Below, in pieces: positions 12,858 to 26,058 of a DNA stretch of 64,000 nt; the stretch's first letter is position 1, and every line of letters begins with the position of its first letter. Under the pieces are notes generated by a model that did not search any database, was not told the origin of the DNA, and worked only from the letters and a program-made list of their open reading frames with translations. The DNA comes from Octopus sinensis (lineage: Eukaryota): the NCBI RefSeq assembly GCF_006345805.1, contig NC_043003.1, positions 59,582,001 to 59,646,000 on the forward strand, written 5' to 3'. The position numbers and the translations under genes are program-made.

Positions 12858-14617
12858 CAGTAGTTTTATTTTTATAGCGTGCTTTCACTTCACTACCGAG
12901 CGCAGCTCTGTGTGCCTTGGGTATGTGCTGCTGTGATTGTTGTGATGCTCTGATGGTTATTGTATGGAAAGTGTTCTGCGTGAGGTAGGATATGTGCCAG
13001 TGCCTAGTAGTGCAATTTTCTGTATATTATATGTGTTTGTAGAAGTCCTGGTGTTTTTGTTATGTATTTGTCTGAATATTTTTTTATCATGCCTAATGCA
13101 CCTACTATGATAGGAATTGTTTCTGTTTTCAGGTTCCACATTCTAGTTACCTCTATTTCCAGGTCTTTGTATTTGAGAGTTTCTCATTTCTTTTAGAGAC
13201 ACGTTGTCATCAGCCGGTATTGATACATCAATTAGAAAGCGTTTTTTTTTCTTCATGGTCTCTGACAACTAATCTGGTCTGTTGGCCTTAATTTCTCTAT
13301 CTGTGTGTATCGGCATATCCCAGAGTATGGTTGCTTTCTCGTTTTCTGTGACCTTTTCTGGTGTGTGCCTATACCATCTTTTTTCTGTTGTTATCCATAA
13401 TGTTGGCATAGCTTCCAATGTATGTAGGTTCCAACTCTGTCATGTCTGTGAATATATTCCTTCTTAGCCAGGACTGGGCAGCTAGAGAATATTGATTTAT
13501 TGTTTCTTGTCCATCTCCACATATTCTGCAGTTACTTGTTATATTTCTTTCATTACATGTTTTTGGTAATTTCTGGTGGGGAAGCTTTGGTCTTGTGCTG
13601 CAATTAAAAATCCCTCTGTTTCTGCTTTGAGTCCTGAGCTTCTCAACATTGCTGGGATTTTTCTTTGTCTATTTCTTTTGCGTTTAGTTTAGTCCAGTAT
13701 TTACCATGAAGGGGCTTTTCTTGCCATCGTTTTATCATGGCTCGTTGTGTTCTATTTTTAGTTTGGATTTCATTTGTTTTATAGCTTTTGTTGTTTCTTC
13801 ATCATCTTCTTCTTCTTCTTTGTGTTTATTAGGTGGTATGATTTCTTGTTGTATTTGTCAGCTTCCTTAAATACTGAGAACAGTTTTTGTTTTGTTCGTG
13901 TTTTGCTGCTATCTGGATCAGTTTTCCTTCCTTCTGAAGTAGGTATTTTTGCAGTCCTATGGTGGTTATTTTATAGTAGTTTTCCAGCTGTATAAGGCCT
14001 CTACCACCTTCTATACGTTGTATATATAGTCTTTGTATATAGTATATATGTCAGATTTTGGGTGATGCATCCTAGATCCTGTCAGTATTTTTCTTGTTTT
14101 CCTATCTATTTTGGACAGTTCATTTCGTGTCCAGTTAAGGATATTGTAGCTGTAACTTACAACTGGGACAGCTAAAGTGTTGATACCTATTATCTTGTTT
14201 TTAGCATTGAGCTCTGTTTTTAGTATTGATCTAACTCGTCTATAATATTCTTTTTTTTATTTTCTCTTCATTTGTGTGTGTTGTGTCTTATCTAGTTCAT
14301 GGATTCCTAAGTATTTGTAAGTTTGGCTTTGGTCTAATTCTTTTATTTCATTGGTTTTATCTAGTGTGATGTTGTTACTCTTAACTAGTTTTCCTCTTTT
14401 CATGGTTACTTTGGCGCATTTTTCTAATCCAAATTTCATATCTATTTCTTTGGTAAATCCATGAACTGTCTTTAATAGTGTTTCCAGCTGTTTGTCATTT
14501 GCAGCGTATAGTTTTAGGTCATCCATATATAAAAGGTGGTGATCGTTTTGCCGTAACATTTATATCCGCATCCAGTTCTATTTAGCATATCAGATAGAGG
14601 TGACAGTGCCAAGCAGA
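12858..14617 (-). pseudogene. R4/Dong-clade LINE, 5'-truncated inside RT, with RLE and 3' UTR
   Basis: HLLYMDDLKLYA...MKFGLEKCAK...YKYLGI (RT motifs) and IQKIALLGT at the C-terminus; 3' end abuts (ATT)n; 5' truncation also abuts (ATT)n. Confidence 0.9.
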
Positions 14618-14629
14618 TTATTATTATTA

Positions 14630-14662
<33 letters not shown>

Positions 14663-14866
14663 TTATTATTATAATATTATATTATTATTATCATCATCAT
14701 CATCATCATTATTATTATTATTATTATTATCATCATCCATCATCATATTATTATTATGATTATTATTTATTATCATAATCATCATCATCATTATATTATT
14801 ATTATTATTATTATTATATTATTATTATTATTATTATTATATTATTATAATTATTATTATTATTAT

Positions 14867-15234
14867 TACCTCACCTTATCGAGCGAAGGCGCTGGGATTG
14901 TTTTCAGTCGTGTTTGTAGGTTGGTTTGTCCGTGCCGTGGACAAGATATCTCAAGGCCCGCTAAATGAATCAAGATGAAACTTTCAGGAATGTTTGGCCT
15001 CGTCACAGGCAGGAACTGATTAAATTTTGGGATTGATTCAGTACCGGACAAGGATTCTGGATTATTTTACCTCTTATTTTTTTTACTTAATTTTTGAAAG
15101 TGGACGGGCTCCTTTTTAGTATTCTCGTTTGTGAGAGCAGTAGAGTATACTTCAGATTTTTTAAAATCATCTCTGGTCAATCGTTGAGAGGACGTTGGTG
15201 TTGTCTTGGCGGAGATTTGTGTTTTCTGAGTGCT
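14867..15234 (+). mobile_element. HINE/DINE-1-like element, near full length
   Basis: 5' tacctcacc..., 3' cttggcggagat plus degenerate hairpin; second copy at 12591-12830; sits at the end of an (ATT)n tract. Confidence 0.6.
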
Positions 15235-15239
15235 GTTGT

Positions 15240-17560
15240 TAACTATGTTTTCACGAAACAGATATGTTTCAAAGGACAATTGTCAGTGTTCATACAATTA
15301 ATACCATATATAATACAATTAGTATGCCGCTTGCGATGTATGATCGTGTTATGCAAGTATAACCCTGTTTAAAGTTCCAAAGAATGTTTAGAATATTAGG
15401 AGCAAGTTGTTCAGTTATTACTTTAAGCTTCGTTATTAGGATTACTAGAAATTACGTTGCTACTATACTAACTGTTTAATACCCCACCCCTGAAAGGGTT
15501 CATTTTTGCTATATAAATCTGTTTGGCTAAGTCTGAGAATGTGGGTACACTATTCCCATTATTTTGAGTAAGGAAGTGTCGGGCTACTAATATCATTGTT
15601 CTGTTGAGTTTACTAATATTTGATGCTGCTACAAGAATAGCAACTTTGAAGTTGCAGAATAGGAGACTTTTACAGGGTATGTTTTTAAATTTGGTCGTAA
15701 GTTAAGGAGTAATTTTTTTTTAAAGTATTTGTTTTTACCTGTGCGGGAAAAAGTAAATTGTACCAGGTAAATCTCTTCTGCAAGTCTTTATTGGCAGAAG
15801 AAAAAAATGACGATCCCTAGATATGGAAATTTCTTGATTTTGTTTTCCTTATGTATAAATTGTTTTCCTTATATATAGCGTGTTATGGCGGGGAACTAAA
15901 AAACTGCATTTTATGTCATTCAAATCCCGTACATAACATTGTATATTCACGTTGTCATTTCCAAGACCGTTAGTGGTACCTCTACCTCCAGCATCAGTGA
16001 TGCATTCATGGATAATCTTTTTTATCAGAAGTTCATACTGAAGTATCTTTTTTATACTTACGATTATGAACTTCTTTTCCACTGACGCTTAATTACTAAG
16101 TGTACATTTTAGGGACGTTCTAACATGTTCAAATGATTAGGTTAGCTCTAAGTTTCAAATCTTTTCGAGTTACTAGTTATTACAATACTATTATTCAAAT
16201 AGGTACAGGGTAGCTGGTTGGTTAATAAGTTCGCTTTGCAACCACGAGGTTTCGAGTCCTATTTCGCTGCGTAGTTTTGTCTTGTAACGCACTTTGTCTA
16301 GTTCATTGTGCCTAATTATTATGTTAATGGTATACATGTTGTCGAAAGCTCAGCCAATTGCACGTAAATTCAAGCGTGTTTAATTCAGTTGAAAGGACAA
16401 GTGAATCCTCATCATCGAACCACAGCCATTTAGATGTGGTAAAGTGTTGTTATTAACAGTATCGTTGATAATATTTATGTTCACAGTCCTATCCTTAGCG
16501 ATAATGAATAATCTTCTTACCAGAATGTCCTTAGCGATACCGCAGTAGTATTTTCAGAAGTGAGTGAACACTTCAATCTAATGTTGGATTTTTTTGCACG
16601 CCTTGCAATAATAAACTGCGTTATTTTTCAAAACTTTTATTTGTCGAAACGTTATATGTCCTAATACTTATTATTTTAAAAACTAGTACGGTAATATTGG
16701 AATAAGGGTGGTTAGATAAGCTGTGGATATAATGCAAACTATCTTTCGGTTCGTGAAACGGGTATATAATATTTCTTTCAATAGAAACAGAAACAAATAA
16801 TTAGAGAGTTTTGGAGAAATTATTTGCAGATGTTAACAGAATTTTCCCGGTATAAATTAATCATTAATGCATCGCCATCTACGATATCAGTAACTTAAGC
16901 TAAACCAAAGAGCCTATAGCAAACTCATATATCTTCAAACTGGATTCCATGTCCAATAATCAACTTAGAGAAGAGAACTAAAAGGTTCCTAGCTGCAATA
17001 ATATTATCAATTTCCTCTTTAGTAATATTAGAAATTCTGGTAGTGAATGTAAGAGCGTTGCTCAAAAATAAAGTGAGACATGTAAATTGTGAAGTTCAGA
17101 ACTCAAGCTGTAGGGAGGAGGTTTCGCTTCTTTATAACTTCGAAGTTCTACTGGGTTATTTCGCACGTATTATTCCACGGAGTCAAATATATACTGCATT
17201 TGATTTTAGGTAATATACGATCAATAAATATTTAATCATTCGAAATTGGTTAGATTTTGATGGGTTGATAAGTCGAATCGTGAGTTTTTGTCAATAAAAG
17301 ATCAGGTTTATGTCCCTTGTAAATTAAGGTCGTATATCAAAAACTTTATATAATCCAATGTGTGCCACTGGACTCTGTTCTTTTAAGCTAAATTCTGTTG
17401 AACTCCCTTAATGTAAGATTATCATATGTATGCTTGTCGCGAATATATCCCGATGAATACAGTCATGTATATTCTTATGTCACTAAACATGTAGAATTAG
17501 GTGTTCAATACCTTGTATTGAGTTCTTATGTAAAGGCTTACTTCTCATCTTCCATGCATA
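15240..17560 (-). pseudogene. Old, heavily degenerate Penelope-like element (RT + GIY-YIG), related to the young element at 46817
   Basis: Manual minus-strand translation gives IRLINPSKSN, DRILPKI, LQLEF, NALTFTTRISNITKEEIDNIIAAR, LYREN, IYPFHEPKDSLHYIHSLSNHP, FTWYNLLF, VKVSYSATSKL, collinear with the 539-aa ORF; many stops and frameshifts. Confidence 0.75.
16200..16430 (+). mobile_element. Degenerate SINE (family C) nested in the PLE relic
   Basis: tRNA-like head (ggttggttaataag...gtttcgagtcc) plus a body similar to 225-305. Confidence 0.45.
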
Positions 17561-17593
17561 AACAGTACACTCTACCGCAATAGATGAAACATA

Positions 17594-17635
<42 letters not shown>

Positions 17636-17811
17636 TATATATATTGATAAAAAAGGTAAGGCAACAAAAGAAAGAAAGAGACTTCGATGTTATGTAAACA
17701 GAGGAATTTATCTGTTAATGTAATATGTGACAATTATTCGGTAGCCATGATAAATCTCGGAGTTTTATCATGACTACCGAATAATTGTCACATATTACAT
17801 TTACAGATAAA

Positions 17812-17856
<45 letters not shown>

Positions 17857-17879
17857 ACAAATATGGTTTAAACAGTAAG

Positions 17880-18175
17880 TTTGGCAGGAAAGAAACGTGC
17901 CTTTAAGCAGTACAAAAACAACAAAAAATGTAAGGTGCAGTTATGTACAGGTTGACGGAAGAAAAGCAAGACAAAAACGGCTTTATCGATCGCATTCTCA
18001 CCTGGAATCGGCTTTTGTAATTTTTTCAAGACTTATACACGCCCTGATACCTTCGGTATCTATATATCAAATTTGAGCGCAATCGGATGGAGGATACCCG
18101 AGACCAGAGAAGACACAAACATAGACAGACATACAGAACGGATTTTAGGTAAGAGATTAGGTCGTCCAGTTTGAA
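17880..18175 (-). mobile_element. Unclassified non-autonomous DNA-element fragment
   Basis: Minus strand has gtatgtctgtctatg followed by ccgattgcgctcaaatttg, a pattern common in Helitron/Helentron-derived elements; ends not resolved. Confidence 0.3.
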
Positions 18176-18204
18176 ATTTGAAGAAAAGAAAAAAGTTTGC
18201 TAAT

Positions 18205-19217
18205 GTTTTATACATACAAAGAATAGCTTTATTCATGAAAGTATACACACCATATTTTCAATACACTTTTGTCATTTCAGCGGTAGCTTATCCAGCCCGG
18301 AACTGTAAAAGCCTGGCAATTTAGAGTCAATAAAATCTTGGAAGGCCTGTTTTACAGCATCGTCGGCATTAATTTTTTCCTATCAAAAATTAATCCAGAT
18401 TCTGGAATAAGTGGTAGACAGTTGAGACAAATCAGGTGAGTATGGTGGATGATGGAGAACTCCCAACTCCAAATATTGTAGTTTTGCCAATGCCATTTTT
18501 GCGATGTGTGGTCTAGCATTGTCTTGCAATAAAATAGGAATGGATCTGCTGTCTAATCTAGGCCTTTTTTTTGTAAGTTTCTGCATTAGTTGGCTGCAGT
18601 ATACTTCGGCTATGATTGATAAGCCAGGTTTAATGAAATCATAATGGATCACACGTGCGCCAGACCACCAAACACACATACCATCAGATTCTTTTAATGA
18701 GTTTTGCTTTTTGGACTGTGCTTTGGTGGCTCGTCTGTGTCCAACCATTGTGCTGAACATTTACGGTTGTGGTATTGGTCCATTTCTCATCACATGTTAC
18801 AATTCGATTAAAAATTATTCATTTTGGGGACGAGAAAGTAGGATAATGCAGGCTTCCAAACGTGGCTGTTTCTGATTTTCATTGAATTCATGGAGAACCC
18901 ATTTATCCCAATTTTTCACTTTACCGATTATCCAGCCCGGAACTGTAAAAGCCTGGCAATTTTAGAGTCAATAAAATCTTGGAAGGCCTGTTTTACAGCA
19001 TCGTCGGCATTAATTTTTTTCCTATCAAAAATTTATCCACATTCTGGAATAAGTGGTAGACAGTTGGGACAAGGTGAGTCAATATTGTTTGCTTGCCAAC
19101 ACCAAACAACAGCGATAATTCACGGGCATTTTGAAATGGATCTGATTCGACGGTGGTTTTCAGTTCATCATTTTCCACCTTTGTTTCTAGTCGACCGCTC
19201 TGCTCATATACATACAT
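18205..19217 (-). pseudogene. Decayed mariner (D,D34D-type) transposase with an internal duplication
   Basis: HTH ...VESDPFQNARELSLLFGVGKQTILTHL, DKWVLHE (WVPHEL-like), IVTCDEKW, LLQDNARPH, HPPYSPDL; frameshifts; TIRs not resolved. Confidence 0.9.
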
Positions 19218-19261
19218 GTATATCGATTAGCCCCTCCCCCAACATTTCGGACCTTGTGCCT

Positions 19262-19390
19262 AGAGTAGAAAATAATGGTAGAATCGTTAGCACCACGGAC
19301 AAAATGCTTAGTAGCGTCTCGATCGTCTTTACGTTCTGAGTTCAAATTCCGCCGAGATCCTCAATGACTTCATTGCCTTCGGGTTCACGA
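19262..19390 (+). mobile_element. SINE-A, degenerate head
   Basis: gaatcgttagcaccacggacaaaatgcttag...gttctgagttcaaattccgccgag. Confidence 0.55.
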
Positions 19391-20626
19391 GCGCATATCT
19401 CAAATATAACACATATGCATTGTTACCACTTTGATAAATTATCATATGGAGAAGTAAATACATCTATTTTAATAACACGGTATGAATATTTGTATAGCTT
19501 TTGTCACATCATTCATACTTCATGGCAACCATGACAAACTTAATGGCAGCCATGACAAACTTCATAATATCTTTTCATGAAATACCTCTACGGCTAAAGT
19601 TTGTACGATTGAAGAATTGCAAGAATTATTCAATTTGTTAGTCATAAACATGTAAACAACATCAGATGTTCCATGTCAAGTTCTTTTATCTAACTTTATA
19701 GAGTATGAAGAATGTTAAACTCTTATCCTACATTGATCATCTTCTGTCTCTAGAAATGGAATATTCTTCGTTTTCATAAGATTTTTCAAGAGTTATTTGG
19801 ATATATGGTGCAGCATTAATTGGCCAGTTTTGGCAGCTGTCGCAAATTATTACAAAACTAATAAGTACTAGAAACCCTTGAAAGATTTCACACATGCCAA
19901 CAACAATAGCTTTCAGTTAATTAATCGTCATATCCAGAAAGTGTTTTATTGGAAAATACATAATCCTTTCAAAGAATATCAGATTTGTTATATTATAACA
20001 AGTCTTATGGTGAACTGTTGTCGTTACTCTGGTTGCTATAGTTTTAATTAATTTTTTTCATTCTTATTCAATAGAAATGGGGAAATAATTGTTGTCCGTT
20101 AGTCCTTAGTCTAAATTATTAACTTCAAATTCTAAAATATTAACACAACCTAATAAAAACAGGTAAATAATAAACCATGTGTGCTGCTACTAACACAATG
20201 ATTTGTGAGTATTTGTGTGTGTGCGTATTTGTGAGAGTATGCTTGTGTGTTCACGCGTGTATGTGTGTGGTGTGTTTGTGTCTGTCTGTGTGTAAGTGAA
20301 TGGTCTAAAAATGCTTTTTTTTTTCAATTCTAATCTAGTCTACTTTTCAGTACACACACTAGTTTCCATATTTTATTTTCTCATCGTTATGTACCTTCGT
20401 GTCGTCACCTGGCAAAACACAAACATAACATTGTAACAGCAATGATTCGCTTTAATCAGAAACATCATTTAATGCTATTTACATGGTTTTTAATTGCGAG
20501 TGATATAGCGGTGGAACTCCACTTGATGTAATCCGTGCAGCACTGTCCACCTGTAGCTCTCTCTCTTCTAAGCAACGATATATTTGCCTAGTGCAACAGT
20601 CCAATGTTATGTTGTCTCAACCGGCA

Positions 20627-20660
<34 letters not shown>

Positions 20661-20717
20661 TATATATATATAATATATATATATATATTATATATATATA
20701 TAATAATAAATAAAACA

Positions 20718-21310
20718 TATGCATATATATATACATATATACATACCTCTACATGTATATATACACGCATATATGAGTACAGGACATCTCAGCCCTCATT
20801 CTTTGATTTCCTTTTCTTCTACTTAACTGTCTCTCCCTCTCTCTCATTCTTCACTCTCTCTCATTCTTCATGGTTTCCTCACAACCATTCCCCTTTCTTC
20901 TTTCCCTTTCTCTTGCTCCTCCTCCTCCTCCCTCCCGTCGTTGACCCGCGACGAGAGCTCCGTTACTGTCTTTCTAGGTTGACCTTCTTGAGGTGTGGAC
21001 GGCAATTTTCTTAGCTCCGTTCGCCGTTCACAGAAATTAGCGTTCGTAATACTTTTTTTCGTTCGGCGTTAACAGCTCTTCTTGTCTTATTATTTTCCTT
21101 GTCCTGTCTTTTACTGCTTATATTTTGTACTGTCGTTACTGTCCTGGTTTTGTTACCATTTTACCTCTCTGCAAAAAGATCTCAAATTTTATTTGATTTG
21201 CTTTTCGCAGGAAGGAAAGTTTCTTATCGAAGATACGTCTCGCCTTCACCTTCGAAACGTAGAGTAGATGAAACCATGGCGACTGAAGAAGATGAAGTTA
21301 GCCGGGTCAC
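20718..21310. mobile_element. Second, partial copy of the fold-back element at 36270-36926
   Basis: Left tip ...gcatatatgagtacaggacatc matches the arm tip of the 36-kb element; 21075-21290 aligns with 36500-36750. Confidence 0.5.
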
Positions 21311-21593
21311 GAAAGATTTGCACTTCGTTTGTGTTTATCACTGACACTGCATTGATACGGTTATTAACACTGCGGCTATTTTTGTGCATGTGAAATGGAA
21401 TTTGTTTAGACAGAAAATGATAGTATTGCAAAAATATTCTGCTGTGTGGCAAATGTGTCTGTGTGTTTGTTGGCAAATGTAGCCGAACGAGTCAATAAAC
21501 CAACAAAAATTCTCCGGCTGTGGTTGGTTCAATCCTAAAAACTAAGACACACACACACGCGTATACACACACATACACATGCACACATTCACT

Positions 21594-21636
<43 letters not shown>

Positions 21637-22039
21637 TATATATATGAGTGGATGTGTAAAAGCAGTGCATTAGTTGCCTGACAGAAAATCCTGTAATTTG
21701 TTCTCAAGAAGTAGAAACGTGAAAAATTCTTAACACACTGATTGGTGTATTTTTCATTCATATATATTTATTGTCTGTTGATAGCACGCAGTCCAAATTA
21801 ATTATTAGCAGTTTGAACGATTGTTTAAATTCACAAGTCCAACACTCCTAACAAGCCTTCACCAATTTGTGGATTAAACTACGAACTCAAAAGTTTAGTC
21901 GTTTATTTAATGGGTTATATTGAGGACGATCTTGACATGTTATTCCACCTTTAGAGTTCATGAATACATTCCTTTATTTCAATAAAATTTTTGGCTTTGT
22001 TAAACGAAGTTAAGGCAAAAAAACTTCTTAATTAATATA

Positions 22040-22182
22040 TACAGGCTTCTTTCAGTTATTGTCTACCAAAATCCATTTTTGGTTTTTCTCCTTCCAGGGT
22101 TTTAGAAGTCACTTCCCCAAGGACTGAACCCAAAACCACGTGATTGAGAAACAAACTTCTTACCACACAGCCACAGCTGCAT
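22040..22182 (-). mobile_element. tRNA-derived SINE family B, head fragment
   Basis: Reverse complement of ggctgtgtggtaagaagtttg...ttcagtcc...gaaagaagcc, as in 61141-61290. Confidence 0.7.
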
Positions 22183-22197
22183 CTATATATACATATA

Positions 22198-23422
22198 TAA
22201 GGGTTGGACAAAATAATGGAAACAACTAGCATCATAGCATCATAATTTTGAAATATCTATAAAACCACCGACAGCTTGTTTATTTTTAGGTTTTTTTGTT
22301 TTATTATAAGTGTTGCTTAATATGTTTTGCTAAAATTGCTGTTTCTTCTCAGATATCATCAGAAAAAATTTAAATTCTTTAAAATGACACATCTATCGGA
22401 CTTTCAAAGAGGTCAAATTGTTGGTGCGCGTGTGACAGGCGCTAGCGTAACGAAAACAGCCGAAATGTTTGGTGTATCAAGAAGAAGCGTATCGAATGTA
22501 ATGACAGCATTTGAGAAAGAGGGAAAAACCTCCTCGTCGAAACAAAATTTCTGAAGGAAACCAAAACTTTCAGATACGGACCGTCGGACTATAGCGCGAA
22601 TTGTTAGAAAGGATCACAAAAGTACAGCTCTCAAAATTACTGCAGAGCATAATGACCACCTCAAGAACCCACTTTCTGCAAAAAGTGTTCACCGGGAGCT
22701 GCACAAAGCCGGATTTCACGGGAGGGCTGCAATCAGAAAACCACTACTTTCAAAAACAAACGTTGCAAAGCGTTTAAAGTGGAGTAAAATCCTACATAAT
22801 TGGTCTCTAGAGCTGTACAAGAATGCTATTCTCTCGGACGAATAATTCTTCACCTTATCTCCGACCACCGGCCGAGTATACATGTGGAGATAGCCAAAAG
22901 AAACATTTGACCCAGACTGCCTTCTTCCAACGGTTAAACATGAAGGAGGATCTGTGATGATCTGGGGCTATATCTTGATAATCCGCCGGACCAATGGTTT
23001 CTTTTCATAGCAGAATTAATAGTCCTATGGTTGCGGAAATGTTTCCGGAGGGAAACGCAATCTTTCAGTATGATAATTCACCAATCCACACAGCTAAAGT
23101 TGTTGCTGAATGGCACGAGGAACATTCTAGTGAAGTTGAACATCTTATCTGGTCAGCACCGTCCCCAGATCTCAATATTATTGAACATTTATGGTGCATT
23201 TTAGAAGAACAAGTAAGGAGTCAAATTCCTCCACCATCATCACTACAATACCTGGAGACTGTTTTAGCTGAAGAATGGACAGAAATTCCTTTGGAAACAA
23301 TTCAAACTTTGTACGAATCCATACCTCGTAGAATTCAACCTGTAAATGCTGCGAAAGTCGGTCCCATATTAAAATAAATTTGTTTGAAAAATTAAGGTGT
23401 CTCCATTATTTTGTCCAACCCT

Positions 23423-23424
<2 letters not shown>
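22198..23424 (+). mobile_element. Tc1-type DNA transposon, 1227 bp, DD36E spacing (Incomer-like)
   Basis: 27-bp TIRs (22198-22224 taagggttggacaaaataatggaaaca; 23398-23424) with 2 mismatches; TA on both sides; internal transposase remnant. Confidence 0.95.
22384..23377 (+). pseudogene. Tc1 transposase pseudogene (stops, frameshift, ~12-codon deletion)
   Basis: MTHLSDFQRGQIVGAR... HTH; LSDE; VKHEGGSVMIWG; FQYDNSPIH...SPDLNIIE with 36 residues between the second D and the E (hand count). Confidence 0.9.
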
Positions 23425-23506
<82 letters not shown>

Positions 23507-23507
23507 C

Positions 23508-23580
<73 letters not shown>

Positions 23581-23658
23581 CGTACGTACATACATACATA
23601 CATACATACATACATACATACATACAACATACATACATACATACATACATACATACAC
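23425..23658. repeat. (TA)n-(TACA)n compound microsatellite flanking the Tc1 element
   Basis: Direct reading. Confidence 0.95.
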
Positions 23659-24778
23659 GAGATTTCTCGTCAGATAAGTATTTTTGATTCATTTTCTTTT
23701 CTTTGAGACTAATAATTAGTTGGAAGTTAAATATTCCAAACCTGTCAAAATCTTGTATTAATTAATTAAGAACTGCGATCTTATTGTGTGATCTCTTTAC
23801 TCTAGAACACTTCGTGTCAGTTATGTTACTCAGCATCCAAAATTATTTACATCAAGCGATTTCTAATCCTTCTAAACTTCCTTGGTGCTATCGAAAGCGT
23901 TTGGTGCAAAAAATACTTGAAGATTTCTTATGTTTCTTTCATCTATAAGAGGATCCGATCTTGGCATTATACACAATCAAACAAGCAAATTATTCACCAT
24001 TTAGAGGTTGTTTGATTAATGTTCTCTCACTCAGTCGTTCTCTCTTTGTTCTTACACAATTTGCTTCAAGGTATATTGGCAGGTAATAATCAAAGATTTA
24101 CAAAGGGAGCCGCATATAACCTGTGATAGTCACCGAACACATGCCTCCTTAGCCTAAAAACAGATATTTTATCCAATCAGCCATTTTGTCTCTTCCTCTT
24201 TGTTGCGATGATGAAATTTTGTTAAAATCTATTCAAATCAGAGATAAGGTTCGGCAAAATAGAATGAATTATCTTTATCATTGATTAAATGAAAATCTGG
24301 AAAAAAACAAAACAAAAAAATATGGTGGCGGTCTCGATAGAATTAGGGCCTAGATTATTTTATTACCAAAAGCCAATTTAATTATCAGTCAAGCCGCTGC
24401 TTACGTAATAAAAATAAACGTGCCACATGCAAGAACTGGAAATACACGAGAAAGCAAAACTAGGTTTTCGAGAAAAGGAAGACAGGACGAGAGAGAAAGA
24501 GAGGGAGAGAAAGAGAGAGAGAGAGAGAGTGAGAGAGGAGCAGTTTTTTAAAGTAACACTTAATTTTATTAATATGCTTGCTTCTTTTTTTAAATAACAA
24601 TCAAAAGAATAATAGAAGATAATCAATAAATTCAAATATTGTTCTCATCCCACAAGGAAAAAAATGAGAGAAAATTATAGATATTACAGATGAATAAAAA
24701 TGGGAAATTATTTCTCTAGCCGATAGACTTCTAAAGAATACTTGCACACACACACACAAACACGCACATACACACTTG

Positions 24779-24818
<40 letters not shown>

Positions 24819-25901
24819 AGTGTGTGTGCGCGGGTGTTTGTGTGTCTGTGTTTGTGTGTGCGTGCAGACACGCATACTCATACAGATATATGATTGCGTG
24901 TGTATGTATGTTAGGGTGAGTCTGTTTATAACTGGAATGCTTACTTTCTTGTCAGAGCCTGTACTAGTATTATGTATGTGCATGTGTTTGTGTATATATA
25001 TATATGTGTGTGTATGTGTGTGTGTGTGTGTGAATCTACGTAGTTGTATGGATTTGTGGTTATACCCTTATGTAAATGTCTGTTTGTGCAATGTATACAC
25101 AATACAGGTATAAGGCGATTTAAAATGCATTTTCTTTCTAACGCGAGAATTATTTAGACGATGGCATAAATCGAACAAAATGGAAAGGCGTAGATGACGA
25201 ACAATCTGAAGTATAACAACTCTCCCCTTCCTCCCTCTCCCCTAGAGTTGTGAAGAAAGTACAAGAAAGAAGAAATATAAACTCACAAATGCATACATGA
25301 AAATCTACGAGAAGCATACATAAATACATACATACGTACATACTTTTACACACAAACACATATGTTTACACACACACACATCTCTCTATATATATATTGT
25401 TGACTTTGACGTACTTTAATTCACTTCATAACACAGTAAAATATTTGGCACAAAATACTTTATTTAAAACAAGCGCTTTTTATAACATTACAATTTGTTT
25501 TCAGTCAACTGCCGTTTATTATTATTAGATATTTCCTTTATCTTTTCATATCACATTTATGGCTCGGAGTTCCAAATTTCGTTTGTAGATTTCCGATACT
25601 ACAGAAATGTTTCTCTTTATTTTTATTTTTGCAGTTTTTCTTCCGTTTAAATTTTCTTTTATATAAAACCAACGAGCCCAAGTTATTAAATATAAATATA
25701 CTCACTGTGAGACCCTTATAGAATAATAATTAGGAATCAACAAAGTTTAATTGTAGAATTTAGGACTAAGGGTTCCATTTTTGCCTCCTCATGTTTTGCT
25801 AAAATGCATATGAAAAAGTAAAGCAGCAGTAGGAGTAGTAATAGTAGAAGCAGCAGCAGCAGCAGTAGTAGTAATGCTAGTAGTAGTAATGGTAGTAGTA
25901 T

Positions 25902-25938
<37 letters not shown>

Positions 25939-26058
25939 CACCGTTGTCGTCGTAATAGTAGTACTAGTAATATTAGTAGTAGTAACGGCTGAGGGTTTCT
26001 TGATTTTTAAAATATTCAATGATTCATGTATTTCTTCAGCCAAAAGCATGCATATGTG

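Noticed and set aside
19520-19563. 21-bp direct repeat atggca(a/g)ccatgacaaactt containing an RFX-like half site
   Set aside because: Only two units and an incomplete X-box; no promoter context.
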